A stretch of 64,000 bases of DNA from contig JAUCBJ010000256.1 in the NCBI GenBank assembly GCA_032718475.1, positions 1,785-65,784 of the forward strand. Direction: 5' to 3'. The translations under genes were made by a program, and so were the position numbers. The stretch comes from Nemertoderma westbladi (Eukaryota; Animalia; Xenacoelomorpha). Shown here in pieces: positions 26,024-39,539 of the stretch. Within the stretch, counting starts at the first letter, position 1. Each line of letters starts with the position of its first letter. Below the pieces are notes generated by a model. The model was not told where the DNA came from. It searched no databases and saw only the letters and a list, made by a program, of their open reading frames with translations.

Positions 26024-29000
26024 GTGTTGACTAATAATAAAAAATACCGGCTCGGTCGTTGCCTGGGTCAACAAGGACCGCGTCCCTCAGTGGTACACCA
26101 GGCTGGGGTCGATAAATTGGCTACTGGAACAGAAGACAGAGAAGAAAGAAGAACCAACCTGTTGAAATGTAAAAAGACACTAAAGATTGCTACAATGAAC
26201 GCACGCACGCTGAAAGCACAGAGCAAACAGGGTGACATGGTCGCTCTGGCAATGGAATATAACATCGACATCATCTGCATCCAAGAACATCGGATTTGTC
26301 ATGAAGACACTGCCATGAAGTACAATGACATTGGAAATGGATGGACGCTAGTAACAAGCTCAGCAGTAAGAAACTCGGCCAATGCATCAATTGGTGGAGT
26401 AGGAATTCTGCTAAGCCCATTTGCACTTAAGACCCTAAACAACATCGAATCTATAAATTCCAGGGTTATGATCGCAACATTTGATGGGAATCCCAAGACA
26501 ACAGTTATATGTTGCTACAGTCCAACCAATGCATCAGAGCCAGAACAAGCAGTCAAGTTTTATGAAGAACTGACTGGACTTATTAAGGACATCCCGAAAC
26601 ACAATGTTAAAGTCATTGCTGGTGACCTGAATGCGCAAATTGGCCCAGAAGAGATCATGGGTTACACCTATAACACCAGTTCTAACAGAAATGGGTACTT
26701 ACTTTTAGACCTAATGGAAGAATGTGAATTGATATCAACAAACAACACATTCGAAAAGAGTAAGGGGAAGCTATGGACCTTTCAATACCCTAATGGAACC
26801 AAAGCACAACTGGATTACATCCTTATAAACAAAAAGTGGAGAAATAGCATGATCAACTGCGAGGCATACAGCTCGTTCAACCTAATTGGTTCGGACCACA
26901 GTATTGTGACTGCAGAGATCAGACTCAGTTTGAGAGCCAGCAAACCCAGGACAAGCAAGCAAATCAACTATGACTGGGAGAAACTCAGAACTGACAATGC
27001 TGTAAAGGATGCTTATAGAGTAGAAGTTCAAAACCGCTTTGAAGCACTTCAGTCAATGGATGAAGACCAATCCACCGATTCAATATACCAGAATATAATA
27101 ACAGCCCACAAGGAATCAGCTAAGAGGCATATCCCCAGAAACCTAAACGAAAACAGTATGTGTCATGGCAAAACTCTGAGGTTACTTGTAAGAGAGAAGA
27201 TCTTAAGATAGCCTACAAAGTTAAAACCGAACAACCAACAACCGAAAACATTAACAAGGTTGAGAAAGCTAAGGACGATCTTAAATTGGCCTACAACATC
27301 AGCCAGGAAAAGTACATACAGGATAAAACTGAAGCAATTACAACTGCTCACATACAGCAACAATCAAGACTTACCTGGCAAACTGTAAATGAGGTATCTG
27401 GTCGGAAAAGTTGTGCAAAGGGGCGCCTCAAAGCCGATAGTCCTGAAGAACGTGTTTGGAAGTGGAAAAATCACTTCAGCAACTTGCTTGGGCAGCCACC
27501 AAACATCGAGGTCAGCCCTACAAGGAAAATATATGACAAGACACTACCTATAGAAACAGGGGACTTCACACCTGCCGAACTCCAAAGAAGCATTAAAAGC
27601 ATGTCCAATAATAAAGCGAGTGGATTAGATGAAATCCCAGCATAGGTATGGAAAACCGGAGTGCTAAATAGACCATTATTGAATGTTTGCAACCGGATGT
27701 TAAAAGGGGAAAAGCCACCACCAATTTGGACTAAAGGTCAACTAAAGCCTCTCCCCAAGAAAGGAGACCTCGGCATACCAACAAACTATCGTGGGATCTG
27801 TCTGCTTGTGGTAGCTGCCAAAATATACAATAAAATGATTCTATATAGGATTAGGCCTCACATAGAGAAACTACTGCGTAAGAGCCAAAACGGATTTTGA
27901 CCAAGTAGATCAACAATAGCTCAGATACTTGCACTATGGAGACTGATTGAAGGAATTAAGTCAAAGAATCTCCCCGCATTCATGACTTTTGTGGACTTCA
28001 AGAAGGCATTCGACTCCATCCATAGAGATAAAATCCTTGAAATCCTAAGAGCTTATGGAATACCAGAAGTAATTGTTGCTGGCATTGGATTGTTATATTG
28101 TGACACAAGCGCAGGTATTCTCACCAGATGGTGAAACTGAGTTTTTCTCAATCCTGGCTGGCGTACTGCAAGGCGACACATTAGCACCATTACTATTTGT
28201 AATTGTGCTGGATTACGCAATGAGGACGGCCACAAAGGGTGAAGATCTGGGATTCACACTTCAAGAACGCAGAAGTAGTAGATATCCGGCAACTACAGTC
28301 ACAGACACTGACTTTGCGGATGACATCGCCCTGCTCTCTAATACGCTAGCAGATGCACAGCTTCTACTAAATAAAGTGGAGAGGGCTGCTAAGGAGGTTG
28401 GATTGCATATAAATGCTACCAAGACCGAATTCATGACCTTTAATGTTGATGGAAACTTGACAACCATTGATAATAATCAACTAAGGAAGGTAGATGACTT
28501 CCAGTACCTTGGATAATGGATAGAGAGTAGCAAAAAGGACATAGAAGTTAGGAAAGCAAAGGCTTGGGTAGCTCTATCAAAAATGGATACCATCTGGAAA
28601 TCAGTTCTCTCCAGGCACCTGAAGACTAAGTTCTTTCGAGCCACAGTGGAAAGTGTATTTTTATACGGGGGTGAGACCTGGACACTGACTAAATCACTTG
28701 AACAACGAATTGATGGTTGCTACACAAGACTACTAAGGGCAGCCCTAAACATCAGCTGGAGACAACACATGACAAACGCCGAGCTTTATGGTACAATACC
28801 ACCTGTATCAACCACCCTCTGTGAACGCAGATTAAGATTCAGTGGGCACTGCTGGCGAAGTAAAGACGAGGTCATACCAGATCTACTTCTCTGGCAACCA
28901 ACTCATGGAAAGCGTAGTCGTGGACGACCTGCCATAACAAATATAGATCAACTTGAAAGGGATACTGAACTTGGGAGAAACGAAATTGCGACAACTATGG

Positions 29001-29056
29001 AGAATCGGGAAGCCTGGAAGGATCTCATTTCCACTGTCCGAGTTCGCTCGACCTGA
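26024..29056 (+). pseudogene. RTE/RTEX APE-RT polyprotein with frameshifts and in-frame stops
   Basis: MNARTL, CIQEHR, YSPT, GDLNA, SDH; NYRGICLL, GVLQGDTLAP, FADD; C-terminal RRLRFSGHCWR and HGKRSRGRP. Split over ORFs 26024, 27160, 27661, 28073 and 28583. Confidence 0.92.
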
Positions 29057-29339
29057 AACTGAATAAACTTTAATTTTAACAAAAAGACCCGCTCGATCGG
29101 GGTTTTAAAACAGAACATTCACATCGCATGACTCATAAATGTGGTTAGTTACCCTGTCCTGTAACCTGCTCCTTTACCTCCATTGTTAACAACATCGTTT
29201 ATTGTTTTGCTTAGAAATAGCCATCTCTGTAACCTGCTTCTGTTCTTTATGCGAACAATTGCCACTAGCAATGGACCTTCAGTAATCAATGAACCTTGTC
29301 ATGTCCGATGAGTTTAAGAAATACTACAAACGAGTCGCT

Positions 29340-32198
29340 ACATGGTCACCAGGTATACCCACCACGAGGTCACCAGGTATACCCACCACGAGGTCACCAG
29401 GTATGCCCACCACGAGGTCCCCAGGTATACCCACCACTTGGTTAGTCACCAGGTATACCCGCCACGTGGTCACCAGGTATACCCACCACGAGGTCAGCAG
29501 GCATACCCGCCACATGGTCACCAGGTATACCCACCACGAGGTCACCAGGTATACCCACCACGAGGTCACCAGGTATACCCACCACGATGTCACCAGGTAT
29601 ACCCGCCACGTGGTCACCAGGTATACCCACCACGAGGTCACCAGGTATACCCACCACGAGGTCACCAGGTATACCCGCCACGTGGTCACCAGGTATACCC
29701 ACCACTTGGTTGGTCACCAGGTATACCCGCCACGTGGTCACCAGGTATACCCACCATGAGGTCACCAGGTATACCCGCCACGTAGTCACCAGGTATACCC
29801 GCCACTAGGTCACCAGGTATACCCGCTACGAGGTCACCAGGTATACCCACCACGAGGTCACCAGGTATACTCACCACGATGTCACCAGGTATACCCGCCA
29901 CGTGGTCACCAGGTATATCCGCCACGAGGTCACCAGGTATACCCACCACGAGGTCACCAGGTATACATGCCACGAGGTCACCAGGTATACCCGCCACGAT
30001 GTCACCAGGTATACCCGCCACGAGGTCACCAGGTATACCCGCCATGTGGTCACCAGGTATACCCGTCACGAGTTCACCAGGTATACCCGCCATGTGGTCA
30101 CCAGGTATACCCGCCACGTGGTCACCAGGTATACCCGCCACGAGGTCACCAGGTATACCTGCCACGAGGTCACCAGGTATACCCGCCACGTGGTCACCAG
30201 GTATACCCGACACATGGTCACCAGTTATACCCACCACGTTCTCACCAGGTATACCCGCCACGAGGTCACCAGGTATACCCACCACGTGGTCACCAGGTAT
30301 ACCCGCCACGAGGTCACCAGGTATACCCCCCACGAGGTCACCAGGTATACCTGCCACGTGGTCACCAGGTATATCCGCCACGAGGTCACCAGGTATACCC
30401 GCCACGTGGTCACCAGGTATACCCGCCACGAGGTCACCAGGTATACCCGCCAAGTGGTCAACAGGTACACCCACCACGTGGTCACCAGGTATACCCACCA
30501 CGTGGTCACCAGGTATACCCACCAAGTGGTCACCAGGTATACCTGCCACGAGGTCACCAGGTATACCCGCCAAGTGGTCAACAGGTACACCCGCCACGTG
30601 GTCACCAGGTATACCCACCACGTGGTCACCAGGTATACCCGCCAAGTGGTCACCAGGTATACCTGCATGTGGTCACCAGGCATACCCGCCACGTGGTCTG
30701 GTCACCAGGTATACCCGCCACGAGGTCACCAGGTATACCCGCCACGAGGTCACCAGGTATACCCGCCACGTGGTCACCAGGTATACCCACCACTAGGTCA
30801 CCAGGTATATCCGCCACGAGGTCACCAGGTATACCCACCACGAGGTCACCAGGTATACATGCCACGAGGTCACCAGGTATACCCGCCACGATGTCACCAG
30901 GTATACCCGCCACGAGGTCACCAGGTATACCCGCCATGTGGTCACCAGGTATACCCGCCACGAGTTCACCAGGTATACCCGCCACGTGGTCACCAGGTAT
31001 ACCCGCCACGTGGTCACCAGGTATACCCGCCACGAGGTCACCAGGTATACCTGCCACGAGGTCACCAGGTATACCCGCCACGTGGTCACCAGGTATACCC
31101 GACACATGGTCACCAGTTATACCCACCACGTTGTCACCAGGTATACCCGCCACGAGGTCACCAGGTATACCCACCACGTGGTCACCAGGTATACCCGCCA
31201 CGAGGTCACCAGGTATACCCCCCACGAGGTCACCAGGTATACCTGCCACGTGGTCACCAGGTATATCCGCCACGAGGTCACCAGGTATACCCGCCACGTG
31301 GTCACCAGGTATACCCGCCACGAGGTCACCAGGTATACCCGCCAAGTGGTCAACAGGTACACCCGCCACGTGGTCACCAGGTATACCCACCACGTGGTCA
31401 CCAGGTATACCCACCAAGTGGTCACCAGGTATACCTGCCACGAGGTCACCAGGTATACCCGCCAAGTGGTCAACAGGTACACCCGCCACGTGGTCACCAG
31501 GTATACCCACCACGTGGTCACCAGGTATACCCGCCAAGTGGTCACCAGGTATACCTGCCATGTGGTCACCAGGCATACCCGCCACGTGGTCTGGTCACCA
31601 GGTATACCCGCCACGAGGTCACCAGGTATACCCGCCACGAGGTCACCAGGTATACCCGCCACGTGGTCACCAGGTATACCCACCACTAGGTCACCAGGTA
31701 TATCCGCCACGAGGTCACCAGGTATACCCCCCCGAGGTCACCAGGTATACCCACCACGAGGTCACCAGGTATATCCGCCATGTGGTCACCAGGTATACCC
31801 GCCACAAGTTCACCAGGTATACCCGCCACGTGGTCACCAGGTATACCCGCCACGAGGTCACCAGCTATACCCACCACGAGGTCACCAGGTATACCTGCCA
31901 CGAGGTCATCAGGTATACCCGCCACAAGGTCACCAGGTATACCCACCACGAGGTTGGTCACCAGGTATACCCGCCACAAGGTCACCAGGTATACCCGCCA
32001 TGAGGTGACCAGGTATACCCGCCACGAGGTCACCAGGTATACCCGCCACGAGGTCACCAGGTATACCCACCACGAGGTCACCAGGTATACCCGCCACGAG
32101 GTGACCATGTATACCCGCCACGTGGTCACCAGGTATACCCGCCACGTGGTCACCAGGTATACCCACCACTTGGTTGGTCACCAGGTATACCCGCCATG
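29340..32198. repeat. 24-bp GC-rich minisatellite, about 118 copies
   Basis: Unit GGTCACCAGGTATACCCGCCACG(A/T). The many ORFs here (SPGIPATR, GHQVYPPR, VTRYTRHE) are translations of the unit. An internal duplication of about 893 bp is visible (GGTCTGGTCACC variant near 30694 and 31588). Confidence 0.97.
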
Positions 32199-32820
32199 GG
32201 TTTAACTTCCACATTTGCCTTTACTCGGGGTACCACCATCCTAATGAGAACAACTGATGTTGCCGCTTATGTAGAGCAAAGGCTGGTATTTACCAACTCA
32301 CTAGCTGTCCGGGGAACTCAAAATCCCTCACCTATGGATGTCCGATAACAATAAACCGGACTTTTTATATTATATAAATATTATTAATTTACTGATTTTA
32401 ATATACCGTACCTGTACCGCATATTTAAATTTTATTAATTATTGCAAATTAGGGTTTAAAAAACAAGATTTTCAAAATTTGGTTAAAGCGTTTTTTTTAT
32501 GTTTTTTATTGTTTTTTATGTTTTTTATAAGCCTTTGCTTCAATGTCACTATCTGGTAATTTTAAGGCCCACAGGAAGTCTATGAAATAAAATGTTATAC
32601 AATATTTATATTATGACTGTTATGATATTTAATATTTTCTATTACAATTTATTGTACAATGACCTACCCTGACACCAACAGCAACACTCACACTACCGTA
32701 CTGACAGTAATATCAACCTGCACAGAAACATAATCACAATCAGCCCAGTCACTGTCACTCCCATCCTCGTCAATCTTATCACAGTCCTCGGACTGTACAG
32801 GAACCACCGCGACATCAATG

Positions 32821-32923
32821 CCAGACTGGAATTGCTCCGAATTTACGCGGAAGATACGCCGCGTATTTTTGCAATTACGCGGATTTTCAAATTTCAGAAT
32901 TTAATGTAGCAATTCCAGTCTTG
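32821..32923. mobile_element. 103-bp hAT-like MITE
   Basis: Terminal inverted repeats CCAGACTGGAATTGCT / AGCAATTCCAGTCTTG; 8-bp flanks CATCAATG / CATCACTG (TSD with 1 mismatch). Confidence 0.65.
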
Positions 32924-33244
32924 CATCACTGCTCTTAGCCACTCGGAAGCAGTGCTACAGTAGGCCACAACCACCCTTTCCATCGTCTTAGCAGCTACAG
33001 TTGACTCCAGGCAGCGATTGAATGAAATCAACATCAACTACTGGTTTACACAATGAGCGACGACCCGGTTCCATGCCTTGTGGTGCATGAAGAGCTGGCG
33101 GCTGTTCAGATCACCTGCTCAACTGAAAGCTTAGGCCTACAGTATTACTGTATTACTACATATAGTATGTGGGAGTGGTGGTGTGAATTATAGGTCAATA
33201 TGTGTGTGTGTGAGTTATAGGTAATTATAGGTGAATTACAGGTC

Positions 33245-35764
33245 TATGAAAAATTACAGCAAGGAACGCTTTTTAAGTTTGTTAGTTAATTCTGACTGGG
33301 AACCCTGTTTTAAGGCCGCTGACATTAACCTTGCGTACACTGTTTTTAAAGATATATTTTTAAAGGCACTTAATACTGTAGCACCAATTAAATAAATTAG
33401 TCTTAAACAACGCACTGAGCCCTGGATGACCTCGGGTATTCTTAGTAATATCAGAGAAAGAGATAACTATTTGTATAAATTTAGGAAATACCGTGTTTTA
33501 GCTGATTATAATAATTACTGCAAATATAGAAACCTTGTCCAACGGGAAATAAAAAAAGCTAAATCTGAATATTTGTACAACAAAATAAGTGAGAATAAAG
33601 ATAATCCAAAAAGTCTATGGTCTACCCTAAAATCTTTAGGTTATAAAAACCTTACATCTAAATCGAATATTGTTCTGCAAGATAACGGTGAGCTGATTCA
33701 TGATCATACTCTAGTTAGTAATTTATTTAATAATTATTTTACTAATGTTGCCTCTAATTTAGTTAAGAAATTACCGTTATCAAGTAATAAATATAGTATA
33801 GGGTCCGAAACTCTAAATAATTTTTATTTAGAAAAGTTACAAAATTCAGAAAAGTTATTTTTAAAACCCGTTTCTGAGGATTTCGTTTTTAAAAATCTAC
33901 TTAGCCTATCAGCCTCAAAAAGTACCGGTCTAGATCTAATACCTGCCCGTTTTCTAAAGGATGGTGCTGAAGTACTTAAAGTGCCTATTACTTTTATTAT
34001 TAATTACTCTATCGTAGATAATGTAGTACCAGACGAACTGAAATTAGCTAAGGTTCTTCCTCTGTATAAAAAGAATAGTAAAGTAGAACCCTGTAATTAC
34101 AGACCTGTTAGTATCTTAAGTATTGTATCTAAAATTCTAGAACGTTCTGTTTTTCTGCAGCTGGAGGCACATCTTAGTAGGCTAAATCTGATCTATGAAC
34201 TTCAGTCCGGTTTTCGTAAATCATATTCTACAGACACCTGCCTTATTAACTTAACTGATACAATTAGATGTAATAACGCAAAGGGTTTATATACTGGTAT
34301 GGTAATGTTGGACCTACAAAAGGCTTTCGATACTGTAGATCACGAAATTCTGCTTGGTAAGTTAGGCCTGATGGGTGTAGGTTCTATAGACTGGTTCAAG
34401 TCCTACCTGTCAGACAGAGGTCAAACTGTAGTCATTAGCAAATCGCAGTATACTGTACAAGAGATTACCTGTGGTGTACCGCAAGGTAGTATATTAGGTC
34501 CTCTGCTTTTTGTATGCTATGTAAATGATATGATAAGTAGTATAGATCCCGATTTTAAACTCATTTTATATGCCGACGACAGTACTCTTATTTTCTCTCA
34601 TAAAGATCCTATCCATATTTCCCAAAAGTTAAGTGCAGTTCTAGAATCCTGTAATGAGTGGTTGGTTGATAATAAGCTATCCATTCACTACGTAAAACTG
34701 AAAGTATTTTGTTTGGTTCCAAAAGAAAGTTAAAGAAGGTAACTAAGTTTGAAGTCACTAGTAATGGACATAAGATTGAAAATAAAAAGGAAGTTAAATA
34801 TTTAGGCGCCACATTGGATAACTGCTTATCAGGAGAAAGTACAGTGAAAAATATTTTCTCGAAAGTTAACAGTAGGCTTAGGTTTCTATACAGAAATAAA
34901 AATAGTTTGAACACCGACTCCCGCAAGTTACTTTGCTCTTCTTTAATACAGTGTCACATGGACTATGCGTGCTCTTCTTGGTATGAAGGCTTAACCAAAC
35001 AGCTTAAATGTAAATTACAAGTAGCTCAGAATAAAGTAGTACGATTTATTAAAGACTACAAACCTAGGCACCACCTAACTCCAGATGACTTTTCTGAATC
35101 TGGACTACTTAACTTAGATAGTAGAGTTAAGCAGCTACGCCTTAACCATGTGCATAAAGTGTATAATGGTAAATGTCCCAATTACCTAAAACAAAAATTC
35201 AACAGAGTACGCGATACACACTCTTACAGTACCAGAGCTAGTGCTTCAAACTTCTACCTCCCGAATTGTAAATCCTTCGAATCTGATACTTTCTTTTTTA
35301 ACGGTATTAAAAATTGGAACGCTCTGCCTAATGAAATTAAAAACCTAAATAATCAACATTCTTTTAAATCTGCAGTTAAATCTCACCTCCGTGTGCAATG
35401 TATAAATAGATACAATAGTCCTACAGTAAGTTATTAGTTTATTAATTATTTACTATTTATACTGTAATTACGTTTTATAATAAATTGTTCTGTACATTAC
35501 ATCTTTATCGTTGAGTCGGACATTGTCACGCTCTCGGTAAAGTTGTATATGTACATAGTGTAATTACGTTTTATATTGGTTTTAGGTTAGCGTAGTGTAA
35601 TATTGTATTTGTAACCAAGTAACATAAAGGACCCCCTTGGAAATAAGCTGCAAAGCTTTAGGGGTAATCCTATATGTTATGTTGGACAATACCTTTATAC
35701 CGGTACATTGTTTGGTGTATTTGTTATTGTTTTTACATAATGTATAAATAAATCTATCTATCTA
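33245..35764 (+). mobile_element. 5'-truncated L2/Crack-like (CR1 group) LINE, RT with one frameshift
   Basis: ORFs 33426-34733 and 34709-35437 (NYRPVSIL, DLQKAFDTVDH, GVPQGSILGP, YADD, WNALP). 3' UTR has a GGACCCCCTTGGAAATAAG...TAATCC motif and an AATAAATAAA(TCTA)n tail. Confidence 0.9.
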
Positions 35765-35986
35765 TAGGTATACCATGCATTTATAGCTCATATTATTTAT
35801 GCAGTCTTTGTTTAAAAAAACAGTTTTTTTATCTGTAAAAAAAACAGTGTTTCGAAACATGTGTTTAAAACAACCCATTGTGTTTTTTTAAACCTTATTG
35901 CAAATTATGCATTGTTTTCTATTCTTGGCTTAATTCAAATTAAAACAAAAAAGTAAGTCCATTCATCACACTAAACTAACAGACTA

Positions 35987-36836
35987 GGGTCAGGCGACAA
36001 GAAGCTCCGTTAGTGCTAACGGCACTGTTAACTACAATTATGAGCGACACGAATCCTCCGTTAAATTAACGGCGGCTTTAACTAACGGAAGCCAGCGTCT
36101 CGAATCTCCGTTACACTAATGGAGGACTCTCCGTTAAGGTATTTTACACCATCCACCAGTAGGCAGTAGGCACCTTTAAGGTTCCGTTAAGAAATATCTT
36201 GTATTCTACTCTACATAACTACAGTAAATGCATTCTGAAAAACTATATTTATAGCTTTCATAGTAAATTCACGTTCTGGTGGTGTGTGACATTCAATGTG
36301 CAATTACGGTTATAAACACAGTTCAAATTAGTTTTCCGTCATCAGTTAGACCCTTTCAGCAATCTTCGAGATACCTAATTTTACGAACGATTCCTCAATT
36401 ACCAGGTGGAAGTCGTTGGTCATTGAGAGATAGAATAGCTTTATACCCAATACTCGGGCACTCCATATGCTCTATTAGTTGTTTTGAGGATGTTACATTC
36501 CCGATCTTAACATTAATTGTGTGTGCTATTGCCTAAACATGAAACTGTAGCGGTAGTATGTACTGCTTTGGTCTATAATATTTTTTAGATGTGGAAGGGT
36601 TTCAATTTGAAACAGCACTCCAACAATAACATTATCGAGTTGCCTAAGCAACCACAACAACATTCACCTGTACACAATTTTATCATCATTTGGAAAGTAT
36701 CACGTTTAGTACTAACGGAGCCTTAACGGAGGCCTAAATACTCGTTCGTGTCGCCCATTTTGAGTTCTCCGTTAAGTGCACTTCCGTTAAACCTCCGTTA
36801 ACTTTAAAATTAATGGAGCTTCGTGTCGCCCGCCCC
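35987..36836. mobile_element. Non-autonomous DNA transposon (MITE) with GGG-starting TIRs
   Basis: Left GGGTCAGGCGACAAGAAGCTCCGTTA versus reverse complement of right end GGGGCGGGCGACACGAAGCTCCATTA (22/26). Subterminal CTCCGTTA/TAACGGAG motifs recur at both ends. Confidence 0.7.
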
Positions 36837-38489
36837 AGAAAGTGAGTGAAATCAGAAAAAACTAAAATACGCATTAACATAAAACGTCAATTAATTTAAA
36901 TGAGAGACCTGTAAGGACTATCACAACCAAAAGTGCAGCTATATGATAGATCCTCTATCAACAGTGATAGACACTCACTCAATCACGACTCAATGGGCAC
37001 TCTTGGAAAGAACTCCAGTGTTATCCGAGGGAATCATTCACAGGTTGTTCGCTGAACCAGTGAAGAATCAGTGACCAGCAACTTGGCAGATGCAAGGATG
37101 AACTCTCTGAATCATATGGATAATTTAATTAATGCGTGTGAATACCGTGCGTGTGAATGCGTGTTGAATACCTCTATCACCGTGGTTCCATCTATCACCG
37201 TGGAACAACTCGTTGGGGACATTCCAACTCGCAGCTCGCCTCTGCAGTTTCACACACCGACACCGAGTCATACAGGATCAGGATTTAGGTACAACAACAA
37301 ACTGGCCTGCAGTAGGCCTAATCCATGGAACAGGGTCGGATGTTCACTTCGCGTGCTACAGTCTCCCCATAACTCGAAGGCTTGTATCCCTACATTGCTA
37401 AAATCTACATAGTAGAAACACGAATGAAACGAAACAATGTCGAGCAAATTCCATTCGACTCGGTTGTAAAGATCTCAATGTTTTCTTGTGACGTGAAATA
37501 AACAGCAGCGTACAGAATTATGGACCCATTATGGGGAGAGGGATTAGTAATCCGCAATTAAAAGATGAAAATGATTGTTTCCACACCAATCTCGAATCAA
37601 TCACCCCACATCCGAACCAGACAGAAACGTCATCCTTCCTCACTGACACTTTTTACACAGTAAGTAGCAAAGTAGGGCCTACACTATCAACTACATCTCA
37701 TTACCCAATTATTAAACCTGCACTTTTGGCTCTCTGTAGGGCCTAGTGATGCCGAGAGTACTCCGAAAGTCTAAATCTGTTGGCAGCAAATTCTATATCA
37801 GCAAAAAGGTGCATTTATTTAGATTTTTCCTGAAAATAATACTTCTAATCAATTACCTCACCTATTCCTATAATTATTGGCTCAAATGATCCGCAATGGT
37901 CGACTTTTATTGGTGTTAGTTGGTGGTGTTTAGACACCTCCAAAACAACATAAAAGTGATTGGTTCATAAGATAGTGAGCAATATTGAAATGTTGTGATG
38001 CTTGAGCATATTGAGCATGTAAATGATATCTCTTACATGGGTTTATGGATCAGGAAGTCATTTGGAGACATTTGGCATATGTTAGGGGAAGGAAGGAAGT
38101 GTTGAATGGGCTGTCCACGTCCAGGATACACATTATCGTACAGAGTATTGATGATCGGATTGGACTAAGGAGTGTTGTTGTGCCAGTGGACACACCTGCA
38201 ACATAGCGCCCCAGATCTCATGTTTAATTGTACACTTTCTATTTCATCCTGTTCAGAAGTTCAGTATCCTTGAGCAGGCTTGAGTAAAGTGATTAGTTGT
38301 CCACCATTAGTTGTCCGTTCCCATTCTTACCAGCAGGCTGCCACAATACACGGTTGTGTACGGGTTGATACTGCCAGTGGAAACTGTGTCCAGCAAGCTT
38401 CAGTCAATGTCTCTGCGGGGTGATGTTGTATTTTGGCATTGCAATATTACCATAGTTGTATTACATCCCATTAACATGAACTACCCTGA

Positions 38490-38635
38490 CCTATTAATAG
38501 GCAGGTTTGTTATTACATCCCATTGCTTAAAAGGGATACTGGACTTGGGAGAAACGAAAATGTGCCAACTATAGGGAATTAGGAAGCCCGGAAAGATCTC
38601 ATTGCCATACTGTCCGAGCTCGTTCGACCTAAGTA
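38490..38635 (+). mobile_element. Short 3'-end fragment of the same RTE family as 26024-29056
   Basis: GATACTGGACTTGGGAGAAACGAAA...GATCTCATT...CTGTCCGAGCTCGTTCGACCT aligns by eye with 28961-29054. Confidence 0.8.
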
Positions 38636-38661
38636 GGCCAACTACCACATTAATCATTCAC

Positions 38662-39539
38662 TATGACATAGATTTAGTATCAATATTCCATAATTTAATA
38701 CGAGTGATAGATATTATTGATCGTTTTAAATAATGTTTCAAAACTGCATTATTTTGCTTAATATTATAAGTTGATTTGAAACATGTTGTCTGTTGAATTA
38801 TTTTGCTTGATATCATTGCTCGATTTAAATAACAGTTGAATTATTTCAACCGATAATTATAGGTCGTATTAAATGTAGTTATTATTTCAGCTGATCTCTT
38901 GATGATTTACTTCTCTGCTTCTATACATGCTTCACTTACCATACCGGTACCACTGTGCGCTGTACAGCTGTACCAGTAAGTACTGCAGTACCCTAAGATA
39001 AGGCTACACCAACTATACAGCCAGGAATAACGGTTAGATAGTTAATCGGTAGTTCCCTGAAGCTGACAGCTGCATCTGGACAGAAAGCCACATACTGACA
39101 TACAGCTAGTCCTGCTGTCCTGTACTCAGATACTGCAGTACTGGTACAGTGCATAGTGGTACCGGTACGGCGGTAAGTGAAGCATGTGTAGAATCAGGGA
39201 AGTGAATCCTCACGAGATCAGCTGAAATAATAACTACATTTAATACGACCTATAATTATTATAAGTCGAAATAATTCACTGTCTCATTTAAAACTACCTA
39301 TAATTATCGGTTGAAATAATTCAACTGTTATTTAAATCGAGCAATAATATCAAGCAAAATAATTCAACAGACAACATGTTTTAAATCAACCTATAATATT
39401 AAGCAAAATAATTCAGTTTTGAAACATTATCGAACAATAATATCAAGCGAAATAATTCAGCATGGCAAAAATCATTTAAAACGATCAATAAAATCACTCG
39501 TATTAAATTATTGAATATTGATACTAAATGTATGCCATA
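38662..39539. mobile_element. Foldback-type element with long (about 330 bp) terminal inverted repeats
   Basis: Left arm TATGACATAGATTTAGTATCAATATT...TACCGGTACCAC is the reverse complement of the right arm GTGGTACCGGTA...AATATTGATACTAAATGTATGCCATA. The arms contain internal AATAATTCA sub-repeats. Confidence 0.85.

Larger units (their letters stand above)
21301..26045 (+). mobile_element. Near full-length CR1-clade LINE (PHD-ORF1 + APE-RT ORF2)
   Basis: Two overlapping ORFs, an AT-rich 3' UTR and a TAATAATAAAAAA tail at about 26032-26044. The 5' boundary is approximate. Confidence 0.88.
20936..29056 (+). mobile_element. RTE-clade (RTEX-like) non-LTR retrotransposon, degenerate, interrupted by a nested CR1 element
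   Basis: APE endonuclease and RT ORF pieces at 26024-29056. A putative 5' leader at 20936 to about 21300 continues at about 26040. Flanking near-direct repeat AACTAAATAA (20926-20935) / AACTGAATAA (29057-29066) is a possible TSD. The 5' boundary is inferred. Confidence 0.7.

Noticed and set aside
29289-32214. Long repetitive ORFs (GHQVYPPR / SPGIPATR / VTRYTRHE) as a structural protein
   Set aside because: The 24-bp unit lacks stops in nearly all frames on both strands and the array has frame-shifting indels; no signal peptide or convincing splice context.
32640-33130. Cys-rich/acidic transposase C-terminal relic on the minus strand
   Set aside because: Too degenerate (stops, frameshifts, MITE insertion) to assign without a search.
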